Positions 28,001-37,113 are shown, counted from the first letter of the stretch. The stretch is DNA of 64,000 bases from Acidobacteriota bacterium (GCA_021828285.1 JAKASG010000001.1:27326-91325); one strand, 5' to 3'. The notes: generated from the sequence alone by a model not told the origin. Program-made: numbers and translations.

Positions 28001-28621
28001 GCAGTGGAACAGGGCTGCAACATAAAAGTTCTGAGCGCGCGTGAAGCCCAGATGAACCACGTGGAGGTCGGCGTTGAGAGCGGCTTCCAGCTTCGTGTTT
28101 TTTTGCGCCGGCGTCACGGCCGACTCAGCCTCGTCGAAATAAACGTCGCCCAGGTTGAACCATGAAGAAGGATCGCTCGGATTTTTTTCCGCCACTTCGC
28201 GCAGCTCGCGTTCCGCCTCCGGATAATGGAGTTCGCGCTTGTAGAGAATGCCGAGATTGAAATGGGCGGCGAGCAAGTCCGGCGCCATCTCTCGAGCGGT
28301 TGTCAACTCGCCGAGCGCGGCATTGTATTCACCCGCTTGCATCAGAGACATGCCGAGATCGAGATGATCGGTCGCAAGCGCCTTGCCGGCGCCGATGATC
28401 TTCAGGAATTCCGCCGCCGCTTTGTGGTAGTGCCCTTGTTCGTAATAGGCTTTGCCGATGTTTCGCAAAGTCTGAATCTGGGCTGAGGAAAGGACCGGAT
28501 CGGAAGGGCGGGTGCTTTGCAACGCCGGACGCTGGGCCTGAGTGCGTCCGGCGTTGAAGGAAAGAAAAAGCAGACCGAGAATCGCCGCTGTCATTCGCAA
28601 ATATTTTCCGCTTGCTGACAT
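25052..28621 (-). CDS. secreted TPR + FG-GAP/VCBS repeat + ASPIC/UnbV protein (CRTAC1-family)
   Basis: 1189 aa with a signal peptide, N-terminal TPR repeats, repeated FADYNNSGHPSLFV / DADNDGFLDLLV / FADFDNNGYLDLVF / ADFDHNGNFDLAL calcium-binding FG-GAP motifs, and then a VRVTWPNG UnbV-type module. Confidence 0.8.
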   Translation of the reverse strand: MSASGKYLRMTAAILGLLFLSFNAGRTQAQRPALQSTRPSDPVLSSAQIQTLRNIGKAYYEQGHYHKAAAEFLKIIGAGKALATDHLDLGMSLMQAGEYNAALGELTTAREMAPDLLAAHFNLGILYKRELHYPEAERELREVAEKNPSDPSSWFNLGDVYFDEAESAVTPAQKNTKLEAALNADLHVVHLGFTRAQNFYVAALFHCFTIDIRLGHRAEAVKYLAMHQKVHNKVPGLSVQATALESGKYGAIIVPATAPAMPEAYAASEELSFVPVPPGVSLAESRSALATGRSATIRAKDYSLDYARRELLPLFGPCIAVGDYLGNGLPDLYIVNPAGSNHLLRNNGDGTFTDVTAQAGVSGPPDSVSATFADYNNSGHPSLFVVGLGGVHLYRNNGNGTFTDVTAKSGLALPRADFGELDTRAILFDADNDGFLDLLVTGYTNFSHAPKNASFNFPADFPGVAPHFYRNDGDGSFTDITSASGLGGAIGRMRGAAFADFDNNGYLDLVFFRDDGPPLLYLNEGGDRFRNASAAAGPVFSSATAAGGGVADFDHNGNFDLALWTASGYTVLRNDGHAHFTPYAGLPAVKPPRGPLAFRGTIADLEGDGFPGLLLQDSSGRWRFIADLAGHFKELPITLPLALGVRIAALHPTWFSRQAGVDLAGVTEKGQLIAWKRAGPAPHWLEVKLTGEKSNYEGVGDVVEVKAGNFYDKVVARRSPLRIYTDGLSQLDVVRVTWPNGIVENSVNVKTDTVLNVRESERLASSCPFLYVWNGKQYVYFTDVLGASPLGELQPDGTWARANPEEYVRLGSHPKPQNGFYTFQLTSEMREVDFVDRARLLAVDHPAGESLYSNEIYSSNPVHPKIYAVVRKRFPVSAVDDRGHNVLPDLLAVDGRFPTDFRLNRILGLARLHALTLNLGRFRNSDPVALYLTGWVFWTDSNASRALMADPRLKMIMPYLQVRNTAGKWETVIPDMGLPSGTNRTMRVDLTGKFLTSDHHIRIVTNLAVYWDRIFFTTREASVPAPITVPLAAARLHYRGFSTPVTDPDNRKPDFFEYAKLMKEPPWNPLKGNYTRYGDVANLLGHADNRLVVLAPGDDITLQFDARRLPPLKPGWKRDFFLDLVGYAKDGEPNTADSRTVGPMPFLSMTGYPPPSGDHRPSTPAYREYLQHDETRPGYMLLPPLAPAK

Positions 28622-28818
28622 CGTGCGCGCCTGCGGCGCAAACCACCTCGCCTTTCCTTCCGCTTGCCGTCTCGCAGCCGGTAATTATATCCTTTCCTGC
28701 TTCGCGCGGGCGAGTTTTGACGGCGGGGGAGTGGAACGCAATCCGTTGGGCGAGAGGGTTGCGGCGCTCGAAACGCGCGACCGAATCAAAGGGGCGCTAC
28801 AATCAGAATGGTTTTCCC

Positions 28819-30219
28819 ATGAGCGAACCCGCAGGGGCGGTCATTCCGGAGCGGCGCCCTTTGGTGTCAATCCGAAAAACCGTCCACATGTCCATGCTGG
28901 CCTTCGCATTTCTTTTGCCGTTCCTCACCTGGGAGGAAGCGGCCGGCTGCGCGGCGCTCGCGCTCGTTTTCAACACGCTTATTCTTCCGCGCCTTGGAGT
29001 GGACTTGAGCAAAGCGGCCGTAAACTCGGCTGCCGCGAGCGCAATCGGGGAAGCGCCCGTGAGTGCGCACGGAATGTGGACGGGTATCGTGCTCTATCCC
29101 GTCTCAGTGCTCGCGCTTATTTTGCTCTTCCCGCATCATCTCGAAGTTGTCGCCGCCGCCTGGGCGATGATGGCTCTCGGCGACGCGCTGGCAGGCATCG
29201 CGGGCGAAGCCATCGCAAGTCCTGCCCTCGCGTGGAACACCCGAAAATCGTGGGTGGGTTTCGCAGCGTTCATCGCAGCGGGCACGTTCGGCGCCACCGT
29301 GCTCATCCGCTGGACGGCGCCCTGGCTTGCGCCGGAAAGGGCGCTTGCCGTCTGCGCGGCGGCCGCGGTCGTCGGCGCAATCGCCGAATCACTTCCCATC
29401 CGCCTGGACGATAATCTCACCGTTCCTCTCATCTGCGGCGCCTTCCTTTTTTGTGCGCTGCACGTGGGACGCGCTGCGCTTGCGAGCAACGAGCCCTATC
29501 TCGCAACGCGCCTGGCGGTCGCCCTAGGCGTGAATCTGATATTTGCGCTGGCGGCGCTCGCACTCAAGACGGCCAGCCGTTCGGGCGCGGCCATGGGCTT
29601 CTTTCTTGGAGTTCTGGTTTATCTCGGCTACGGCTACAAGAGTTTCGCCGTTTTGCTTGCCTTTTTCGTGCTGGGATCCGTGGTGACGCGCCTCGGCTAC
29701 GCGAAGAAGGCGGCGCGCGGGATATCGGAAAAGCGCGGCGGAGCGCGTGGCTGGCGTGAGGCGGCTGCGAACCTTCTGGTCGGAGCGTTCTGCGCAGTTC
29801 TGGTCATTACGACGCATTGCGAAAAAATATTTCTCGTAGCCCTCGTCGCCGCGTTCTCCGAAGCTGCTGGCGATACCACCTCAAGCGAAATTGGACAATG
29901 GCTTTCCACCCGCGCCTATCTGATTACAAATTTCCGGCCGGTTGCCGCGGGCGAAGACGGCGGGATGACGCTTGCCGGGACGCTCGCCGGCTTCGTCTCA
30001 TCGGCATTGGTCGCCGCCAGCGGTTTGGCCGTGGGGTTGGTGAGCGTCGAGGGGGCTGCCGCGGCGCTTGCGGCGGGCTTCGCGGGGAATCTTTTCGACA
30101 GCTTTCTCGGGGCCACTCTCGAACGGCGTGGATTAGTCACCAATGGCATCGTGAACTTTGCCGGAACGGGTTTTGCCGCCGCCCTCGCCGGCGTGATCGC
30201 CTTTCATCTGCATCTCTAG
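28819..30219 (+). CDS. fusion of a polyprenol (dolichol/phytol)-kinase-like CTP-transferase-1 domain with a DUF92/TMEM19 (VTE6-type) domain
   Basis: The N-terminal half has ...AAAWAMMALGDALAGIAGEAI...RKSWVGFAAFIAAGTFG (the GDxxA..G...KSxxG motif). The C-terminal half has GGARGWREAAANLLVG...SEAAGDTTSSEIGQ...GGMTLAGTLAG...NLFDSFLGATLE, typical of DUF92. The ATG at 28819 is preferred, because the track start 28612 overlaps the divergent gene. Confidence 0.6.
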   Translation: MSEPAGAVIPERRPLVSIRKTVHMSMLAFAFLLPFLTWEEAAGCAALALVFNTLILPRLGVDLSKAAVNSAAASAIGEAPVSAHGMWTGIVLYPVSVLALILLFPHHLEVVAAAWAMMALGDALAGIAGEAIASPALAWNTRKSWVGFAAFIAAGTFGATVLIRWTAPWLAPERALAVCAAAAVVGAIAESLPIRLDDNLTVPLICGAFLFCALHVGRAALASNEPYLATRLAVALGVNLIFALAALALKTASRSGAAMGFFLGVLVYLGYGYKSFAVLLAFFVLGSVVTRLGYAKKAARGISEKRGGARGWREAAANLLVGAFCAVLVITTHCEKIFLVALVAAFSEAAGDTTSSEIGQWLSTRAYLITNFRPVAAGEDGGMTLAGTLAGFVSSALVAASGLAVGLVSVEGAAAALAAGFAGNLFDSFLGATLERRGLVTNGIVNFAGTGFAAALAGVIAFHLHL

Positions 30220-30261
30220 TGTCGCGTAGCGGAAGAAAGTGACGCATGCCGTCACCGGGCT

Positions 30262-30342
30262 GTCATGCTGGGCGAAGCGAGGCATCTGCTGCGCCCCCAG
30301 AGGAATAGGCAAGAGCGGATTCTTCGCTGCGCGCGAAATGAC
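30262..30342. repeat. REP/MITE-like inverted-repeat element, copy 1
   Basis: GTCATGCTGGGCGAAGCGAGGCATCTGC (30262-30289) faces the reverse complement of GTCATTTCGCGCGCAGCGAAGAATCCGC (30315-30342). It lies in the intergenic spacer between the DUF92 fusion gene and coaD. Confidence 0.75.
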
Positions 30343-30531
30343 GGGTTATCGGACGTGCAACTTACTTCGGGAACGCGACAGGAGTTCGCAAGCCATTTCA
30401 GCGGCTCTCGCCCGTAGCGCGTCTCGCTCAACGATTTCTTCGGCGCAGATTGTGGTTTACAATCTTTGAAGCCAGCCGCTAGAATGCATAAGGAAGGTAG
30501 CAGCGGCTCGCCCGTGACTTCCCCTCGTCCC

Positions 30532-31032
30532 ATGGCGGCAACGCGCGCGATATATCCCGGGTCGTTCGATCCGATTACCAACGGCCACCTCGACCTCGTG
30601 GAACGCGCCAGCAAGCTTTTCGGCCACTTGGTGGTCGCGGTGCTGACGAATTTTGAGAAGCGGCCGCTGTTTACGCCCGAAGAGCGCGTGGCAATGCTCG
30701 AGCAGGTGACGAAGGATTATCGCAACGTGTCCGTCGAAACGTTCGGCGGGCTTCTGGTGGATTACGCCGCGCAGAAGAAAGCGCAGGCCATCGTGCGCGG
30801 GATCCGGGCTTTTTCGGATTTCGAGTACGAAATGCAAATGGCATTAATGAACCGCAAACTCGCTCCCAAACTCGAAACAGTGTTCCTGATGCCGGCGGAA
30901 TCCTATACGTACGTCAGCTCGCGGCTGGTGCGCGAGATTTTCTGCCACGGCGGATCGGTGAAGGGCCTCGTGCCTCAACTGGTTGAGGAGCAGCTGCGAA
31001 AGAAATTTTCAGGGAAAAATCGGAAGGGATAG
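30532..31032 (+). CDS. coaD: phosphopantetheine adenylyltransferase
   Basis: MAATRAIYPGSFDPITNGHLDLVERA.... The internal ATG at 30532 is preferred over the track start. Confidence 0.9.
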   Translation: MAATRAIYPGSFDPITNGHLDLVERASKLFGHLVVAVLTNFEKRPLFTPEERVAMLEQVTKDYRNVSVETFGGLLVDYAAQKKAQAIVRGIRAFSDFEYEMQMALMNRKLAPKLETVFLMPAESYTYVSSRLVREIFCHGGSVKGLVPQLVEEQLRKKFSGKNRKG

Positions 31033-31036
31033 GGCC

Positions 31037-32209
31037 ATGCAATTTTCAGAACGGATTGGACGCATTTCAATCTCTTCGACCGCTGCGGTCGTTCAGAAAG
31101 CGGACCGCCTGAAGGCTGCCGGGGCAGACCTGGTTGATTTCGGCGCAGGTGAACCGGATTTCCCGACGCCGGAAAATATCAAGCGCGCAGCGGTCCGGGC
31201 GATCGAGGAAAACTTCACCAAATACACGCCGACGGGCGGCATTCGCGAATTGAAGCAGGCGATCATCGAGCGACATGCCAGAGACTTCGGCTCCGCTTAT
31301 ACGCCCGAGGAAAGCCTGGTCACGGTCGGCGGGAAGCAGGCGATTTTCGAAGCCGTCGCCGCGACCATCAATCAGGGCGACGAAGTCATTCTTCCTTCGC
31401 CTTACTGGGTTTCTTATCTCGATATCATCAACTACGCCGGCGGCAAAGCGGTGATCCTCGAAGCGAGCGAAGAGGAAAATTTTGCCGTTCGCGCTGAAGC
31501 CGTGGAACGGCTCATGACGCCGAAAACCCGTATGATCGTCGTCAATTCACCGGCCAATCCCACGGGCGCCGTGGCGCCGCCGGAAGAGATGGAAAAGCTT
31601 CTCGCGCTCGCGGTGCGCCGGGGAGTGCTTTTACTCTCCGACGAGTGTTATTGTCACTTTCTTTACGACGGCCTTCCGCGATTCTCGCTCGGAGCGTCGC
31701 GCAACAAGGAAAATCTGATCATCGTCGGATCGCTTTCGAAGACTTATGCGATGACGGGATGGCGGGTGGGTTTTGCGCTCGGCGCGCCGAAGCTGCTCGG
31801 CGCCCTGCTGAAGCTGCAAAGCCATTCCACTTCGAACCCGAATTCGATTGCGCAGAAAGCCGCCCTCGAAGCGCTGACGGGTCCACAGGAATCGGTTGAA
31901 GCCATGCGCGCGGAATACGAACGCCGACGCAATCGCATCGTGGCCGGGCTCCGAGCGATTCCGGGAATTCACTGCACGAATCCGGCAGGAGCGTTCTACG
32001 TCTATCCGAACGTTGGAGCGCATCTCGGCAAAGACGGAATCGGCGACGCCACACGGCTTGCGGATTTGCTCCTCGAAAAAGCCTGCGTCGCGCTCGTGCC
32101 CGGCGGCGCTTTCGGCACCGCGCAGCACGTTCGCATTTCCTATGCGGCGTCGCAGGAGCGCATTGACGAGGGACTCCGGCGAATGAAAGATTTCCTCGCG
32201 CGGCTCTAA
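31037..32209 (+). CDS. PLP-dependent aspartate-family aminotransferase (class I)
   Basis: About 390 aa with the SKTYAMTGWRVG Lys motif and NPTG. The start is at ATG 31037. Confidence 0.85.
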   Translation: MQFSERIGRISISSTAAVVQKADRLKAAGADLVDFGAGEPDFPTPENIKRAAVRAIEENFTKYTPTGGIRELKQAIIERHARDFGSAYTPEESLVTVGGKQAIFEAVAATINQGDEVILPSPYWVSYLDIINYAGGKAVILEASEEENFAVRAEAVERLMTPKTRMIVVNSPANPTGAVAPPEEMEKLLALAVRRGVLLLSDECYCHFLYDGLPRFSLGASRNKENLIIVGSLSKTYAMTGWRVGFALGAPKLLGALLKLQSHSTSNPNSIAQKAALEALTGPQESVEAMRAEYERRRNRIVAGLRAIPGIHCTNPAGAFYVYPNVGAHLGKDGIGDATRLADLLLEKACVALVPGGAFGTAQHVRISYAASQERIDEGLRRMKDFLARL

Positions 32210-32215
32210 TTTTCC

Positions 32216-33310
32216 ATGGCGAAGCTTTCCACTCCCTTGCGGCTTTCGCCCGTCTTCAAGGAGAAAATCTGGGGCCGCGAGGATCTTTCTCCGCTTTTTC
32301 CGCGCGCCGCAGAGGGCGTGCCCGCCGTCGGAAATCATCCGTCCCGGCGTGACGCCGGCGATCCTCGGCTCTACGGCGAAGCGTGGCTCACTGACGATGC
32401 GTCCGAATTCATGAACGGCCCCGTCGCCGGACGTGCGCTGGCAGAGGTCTCGGCGGAATACGGCAAAGGTCTTTGGGGCGCGGCGTGGAAAGGCAATCGC
32501 TTTCCCATCCTCGCAAAATACATTTTCACTGCGGAATGGCTCTCGATCCAGGTCCACCCCGATGATGAGCAAGCGCGCCGCTATGACCCCGGCAGCGCAG
32601 GCAAAAGCGAGATGTGGTATGTCGCCGCGGCCGAGGCGAATGCGGCGATTCTTCTCGGCCTGAAGCCAGGCGTTTCAAAGGAACAATTGCGATTCGCCTG
32701 CGCGGAGGGTTCTGCACGCAGCCTACTCCGCGAATGGAATCCGCGCGAGCAGGAAGCGCTATTCGTTCCTCCCGGCACAGTGCATGCGATCGGTCCCAGC
32801 CTCACGCTTTTTGAGACCGAGCAGAACTCGGACCTCACTTACCGCCTCGATGATTACGGACGGCCTGGACAGGATGGAAAGCCCCGCCCGCTCCACCTGG
32901 ATAAGGGAATTGGCGTGACGCGCGTCGAAGCGCCCGCGCATAGAAATCTTCCCCATGCCGTTGTCCGCGAGCCTTTTGGATTGCGGCGGTATGTCCTCGC
33001 ATGCCGGCATTTTGCCGTCGAGGAGTTGACGCTCGATAAAACGGGAAAATTTACGGCTGTTGAGGCGCGCGTCGAGATGCTTTCCGTCTTGCAAGGTGCG
33101 GGGCGTGTCGAGACTGCGGCAGGATGGTTCGGTTATCATCCCGGTGATACGTGGCTGATTCCTCCCGGTGATTACCGCTATCGCCTGGAACCTCGGAGCA
33201 ACACGCGAATGCTGAAGGTTTACGTGCCGGACTCGACGGAAGACTGGCGCCGGACTTTGCGAAGGCGCCGGGTCAAGAAGACTCTCCTCGACCGCATCAT
33301 CTTTGATTGA
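32216..33310 (+). CDS. manA: class I mannose-6-phosphate isomerase
   Basis: 364 aa with FKEKIWGRE, LSIQVHPDD, EMWYV, and HAIGPSL cupin motifs. Confidence 0.75.
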   Translation: MAKLSTPLRLSPVFKEKIWGREDLSPLFPRAAEGVPAVGNHPSRRDAGDPRLYGEAWLTDDASEFMNGPVAGRALAEVSAEYGKGLWGAAWKGNRFPILAKYIFTAEWLSIQVHPDDEQARRYDPGSAGKSEMWYVAAAEANAAILLGLKPGVSKEQLRFACAEGSARSLLREWNPREQEALFVPPGTVHAIGPSLTLFETEQNSDLTYRLDDYGRPGQDGKPRPLHLDKGIGVTRVEAPAHRNLPHAVVREPFGLRRYVLACRHFAVEELTLDKTGKFTAVEARVEMLSVLQGAGRVETAAGWFGYHPGDTWLIPPGDYRYRLEPRSNTRMLKVYVPDSTEDWRRTLRRRRVKKTLLDRIIFD

Positions 33311-33316
33311 ACGCCC

Positions 33317-34426
33317 ATGGCTGCCCGCCGCCAAATCGCTTCGAATCCGCTCGCTCACGCCTACGCGGTCATCCTGGCGGGAGGCAGCGGCACGCGCTTC
33401 TGGCCGCTCAGCCGCCAGGCTCGCCCGAAGCAACTGCTGAGCCTGTTTGGAAAGGGAACGCTCCTCGGCCAGACCGTCGGGCGAATTCGCCCTCTCGTTC
33501 CCGTGTCGCGCATTTTTGTTTTCACTCATGAAGCGATGCGGCGGCAAGTCGAGCGGCTTTTGCCGGAAATTCCACGGCGGCAAATCATCGGCGAACCCGC
33601 GCGGTGCAACACAGCGCCGACCATCGGCCTTGCGGCTCACGAAGTTCTGAGTCGCGATTCCGATGGCATGATGATCATCTTGCCCTCCGATCAGCGTGTC
33701 GAAAAGGCCTCAGCGTTTCGTGAGGCGCTCGCCGCCGCCTGCCGATGGGCGGCGACGGAAGGACGCTCCGTGGTGATTGGCATCAAGCCGGATCGGCCGG
33801 ATACGGGTTACGGGTACGTGCGTCTTGGGCGGCGCGCCGCGCGCCTCGCCGGCCAAAACGTTTTTGAGGTTGAAGAATTCACTGAGAAACCCACTCGAGC
33901 CGTTGCAAAGCGCTATCTCGCCTCCGGGCATTTTCTGTGGAATGCCGGCATTTTTGTCTGGCGAGCCTCGACGCTGCTCGATAACCTCGCCCGATTCGAG
34001 CCGCAGATGGCGAAGGTGCTTGAAGGCATCTCTCGCGCCGGTGGCGCGGCGAATTCAAAGGCGATGCGGAGCCATTTCCCGCGCCTGAAAAGAATCTCGA
34101 TTGATTACGCTCTGATGGAGAGGATCGGCGGCGTCTTTGCCGTCCCTGCGGAAATCGGCTGGAGCGACTTGGGCAGTTGGGAAGTCGCCTATCGGCTGCA
34201 AAAAAAAGATGGCCAGGGTAACGTCGCGCCGAGAAACAGCATTGCCATTGACGCTCGCGGCAATCTGATTCTCTCGGATCGAAAACTCGTTGCAGCGGTC
34301 GGCGTGCGGGACATGGTGATTATTGAGACCGAGGACGCGCTGCTGGTTTGCGCGCGGGACCGCTCGCAGGATGTCGGACGAGTGGTCGAGGAAGCCGCTC
34401 GTCGCGGTTTGCGGGAAATTCTCTAA
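33317..34426 (+). CDS. manC: mannose-1-phosphate guanylyltransferase
   Basis: 369 aa with AVILAGGSGTRFWPLSR, YGYV, and the IDYALME region. Confidence 0.85.
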   Translation: MAARRQIASNPLAHAYAVILAGGSGTRFWPLSRQARPKQLLSLFGKGTLLGQTVGRIRPLVPVSRIFVFTHEAMRRQVERLLPEIPRRQIIGEPARCNTAPTIGLAAHEVLSRDSDGMMIILPSDQRVEKASAFREALAAACRWAATEGRSVVIGIKPDRPDTGYGYVRLGRRAARLAGQNVFEVEEFTEKPTRAVAKRYLASGHFLWNAGIFVWRASTLLDNLARFEPQMAKVLEGISRAGGAANSKAMRSHFPRLKRISIDYALMERIGGVFAVPAEIGWSDLGSWEVAYRLQKKDGQGNVAPRNSIAIDARGNLILSDRKLVAAVGVRDMVIIETEDALLVCARDRSQDVGRVVEEAARRGLREIL

Positions 34427-34460
34427 AGCCTGAGTCCGGGACGGCGGCTCTTTCAGAGAA

Positions 34461-35873
34461 ATGGCCTCTCAGATCAAACTCGGCACCGATGGCTGGCGCG
34501 CCCTCATCGGCGAGGAATTTACTCTCGCGAATGTCGAGCGCGTCGCCGGCGCTTTTGTCGCGCATCTCCGCGACCGCCGGCGCGCCGGGCGCAAAGTGGT
34601 CATCGGTTTCGACACCCGCTTTCTTTCTCCTGAAGCGGCGGAAGCAGCGGCTGAAACAGTCCGCTCCGCGGGCATTGATGTCATTTTGGCCGACCGCCCG
34701 ACGCCCACTCCCGCTTTGAGTTATGCCGTCGTGTCGAACCACGCTTCGGGCGGCATCGTCATCACCGCCAGCCACAACCCCTGCCGCTGGAATGGCGTGA
34801 AATTCAAAGCAGATTATGGCGGATCGGTATCCATTGGAATCGCCCGGGAAATTGAAAAGCGCCTCGCGCAGAAGAGCGCGAAGGCTTTGCGCCGCGCCGG
34901 GAAATCCGGCTCAATCGAGCGTCGCGATCTGGTCACGCCTTATCTCGAGAACGTCAAGCGCATGGTGGATCTCGACAGCATCCGCTCGAGCGGCCTTCGG
35001 TTCGCGCTCGATCCCATGTTTGGGGCAGGGCGTGGATGTCTCGCGCGAATCTTCAGCGAAGCTGGAATTCCTTCAATGGAAATCCACGGCGAGCACAATC
35101 CGCTTTTCCCCGGCCTCAATCCCGAACCTATCGAGCCGCACGTCGAGGCGTTGCGAAGCGCCGTGCTCGAAGGCGGATACGATGCAGGCTTTGCCACCGA
35201 CGGAGACGCCGACCGCATTGGCGCGATGGACCGCAGCGGCGCGTTCGTTGATTCGCACAAAATCTTCTCGATTCTCCTCGTTCATTTGGTGGTGGATCGA
35301 AAGAAAACCGGTGAAGTCATAAAAACCTTTTCGAGCACTGATTGGATTGATCGCCTCGGCCGCCGCTATGGCCTGAAAGTTCACACGACGCGCATCGGCT
35401 TTAAATATATTTGCGCTCTCATGCTGACGCGCAACGTTCTGATGGCGGGCGAGGAAAGCGGCGGGCTTGCGATGGGAGGCCAATTGCCCGAGCGCGACGG
35501 CATCCTCAACGCCTTGCTGCTGGCCGAAGTCATGGCCGAGCGCGGCAAACTCCTCAGCGGACTTATCGAAGAAATTGCCGCGGCGGTCGGGCGGCTTGAA
35601 TATAAGCGCATGGATCTTGAAATGGACCGGGCCGCGGCGCAACGAATCATCCGGGAAGTCGGGCAAAGCAAGCATTTGAAGATCGGCGGCCTCACGGCGA
35701 CTACCGTCGAAATCCTCGACGGCGCCAAGCTGCGCTTTGGCGATGCCGGTTGGATTCTCTTCCGCGCCTCGGGCACTGAGAACCTGTTGCGGCTCTACGC
35801 TGAGTTCCCGGCGAAGAGCGAAGTGCGGCGGATGCTTGACGCGATGGCTGAATTCGCACGCAGCCGGAGTTGA
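34461..35873 (+). CDS. phosphomannomutase/phosphoglucomutase
   Basis: 470 aa with the active-site loop TASHNPCRWNGVKF, the metal loop ATDGDADR, and GEESGG. Confidence 0.85.
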   Translation: MASQIKLGTDGWRALIGEEFTLANVERVAGAFVAHLRDRRRAGRKVVIGFDTRFLSPEAAEAAAETVRSAGIDVILADRPTPTPALSYAVVSNHASGGIVITASHNPCRWNGVKFKADYGGSVSIGIAREIEKRLAQKSAKALRRAGKSGSIERRDLVTPYLENVKRMVDLDSIRSSGLRFALDPMFGAGRGCLARIFSEAGIPSMEIHGEHNPLFPGLNPEPIEPHVEALRSAVLEGGYDAGFATDGDADRIGAMDRSGAFVDSHKIFSILLVHLVVDRKKTGEVIKTFSSTDWIDRLGRRYGLKVHTTRIGFKYICALMLTRNVLMAGEESGGLAMGGQLPERDGILNALLLAEVMAERGKLLSGLIEEIAAAVGRLEYKRMDLEMDRAAAQRIIREVGQSKHLKIGGLTATTVEILDGAKLRFGDAGWILFRASGTENLLRLYAEFPAKSEVRRMLDAMAEFARSRS

Positions 35874-35879
35874 ACCGGG

Positions 35880-37091
35880 ATGAACGAGCCGAAAGCCGAA
35901 ACTGGCGCGCCGCTTCCAGGACCGCCGAACGGGCTCTCACCAATTTCCGGCCAAGCCGCGCCGGATGAAGAGCAAGCGAGAACGTATCATCGCGCGCAGC
36001 GCGTGCTGAGCGTCGTCGGATTCGTCGTAGATTTTGCCTTGCTGATGCTCCTGCTTCTGGCGGGATGGTCGGTCGGCTTTCGAGAGGCCGCCGAGCGCGT
36101 GAGCCGCCATCCAGCGCTCGCATTACTCATTTATTTGCTTCTGCTCGGCCTGCTGTTCAAAATCCCGGACCTCGTGATCGGTTTTTTGAAAGGCTACTGG
36201 CTGGAGCATCGCCACGGCCTTTCGCGAATGACATTCGGCCAATGGCTGCTCGATGAGGCGAAAGGCGCGGCCATTGGCGCGGCGATCGGCGCGCTCGGTG
36301 CGGAGGCGCTTTACGCGGCGATCCGGCTTTGGCCGCGTGATTGGTGGGTGGTCTGCGCCGCAGCCTTTTCCTTATTTTTCATTCTTCTCGCCCATCTCGC
36401 ACCGGTGCTGCTCTTCCCGATATTTTTCAAATTCAAGCCGGTCGAGGACTCGGCGCTCGTCGCCCGTCTCGAAGACCTTTCCCGCCGTGCACGCACGCGC
36501 GTCCGGGGCGTTTACGAATGGAAGCTCGGCGAGAAAACGAAAAAGGCGAACGCGGCCCTCATGGGTTCAGGAAGCACCCGCCGCATCATTCTTTCGGACA
36601 CGCTTCTTTCAAATTTCCAGCCCGATGAGATTGAAGCCGTGCTCGCCCATGAGTTTGGGCATCACGTTCGCCGTCATCTGCTTTGGGGAATGCTTGTGCA
36701 GACGGCCATCACCTTCGCGGGATTCTATCTCGCGAACCGGGCGCTCGCGCGCTGGAGCCATGCGTTCGGTCTCCGCGGGCCTTCGGACTTTGCGAATTTG
36801 CCGCTGTTGATTCTCACCGGCTTCGCGCTTTCGCTGATACTGCTGCCTGCTTTGAGCGCCTTTTCACGCCGAATGGAGCGCGAGGCGGATGCCTACGCGC
36901 TCGGCTCGATTCCCGACAGGGAAGCGTTCATTCGAAGCATGGAAAAGCTCGCGCAGCTCAACCTCGGCGAGCGCCGGCCGCCCAGGTGGATTGAATTCAT
37001 TTTTCACTCTCACCCTTCCATCGAGCGGCGGATTCAATTCGCGCGGGAGTGGAATCCGGCGCGCCGGCGCACTTCTCAGGCAGGAGCTTGA
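35880..37091 (+). CDS. M48-family zinc metalloprotease (Ste24/CAAX-prenyl-protease-like)
   Basis: 403 aa, polytopic, with HEFGHH and a downstream E...D metal region. Confidence 0.8.
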   Translation: MNEPKAETGAPLPGPPNGLSPISGQAAPDEEQARTYHRAQRVLSVVGFVVDFALLMLLLLAGWSVGFREAAERVSRHPALALLIYLLLLGLLFKIPDLVIGFLKGYWLEHRHGLSRMTFGQWLLDEAKGAAIGAAIGALGAEALYAAIRLWPRDWWVVCAAAFSLFFILLAHLAPVLLFPIFFKFKPVEDSALVARLEDLSRRARTRVRGVYEWKLGEKTKKANAALMGSGSTRRIILSDTLLSNFQPDEIEAVLAHEFGHHVRRHLLWGMLVQTAITFAGFYLANRALARWSHAFGLRGPSDFANLPLLILTGFALSLILLPALSAFSRRMEREADAYALGSIPDREAFIRSMEKLAQLNLGERRPPRWIEFIFHSHPSIERRIQFAREWNPARRRTSQAGA

Positions 37092-37113
37092 GAGTCCGTG
37101 ACCCTTCAGGGCT

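Noticed and set aside
33330-33350. GCTTCGAATCCGC resembles a tRNA T-loop (GGTTCGAATCC).
   Set aside because: It lies inside the manC coding sequence (..QIASNPLAH..) with no acceptor, D or anticodon arms around it. No other tRNA-like sequence was found in the intergenic regions.
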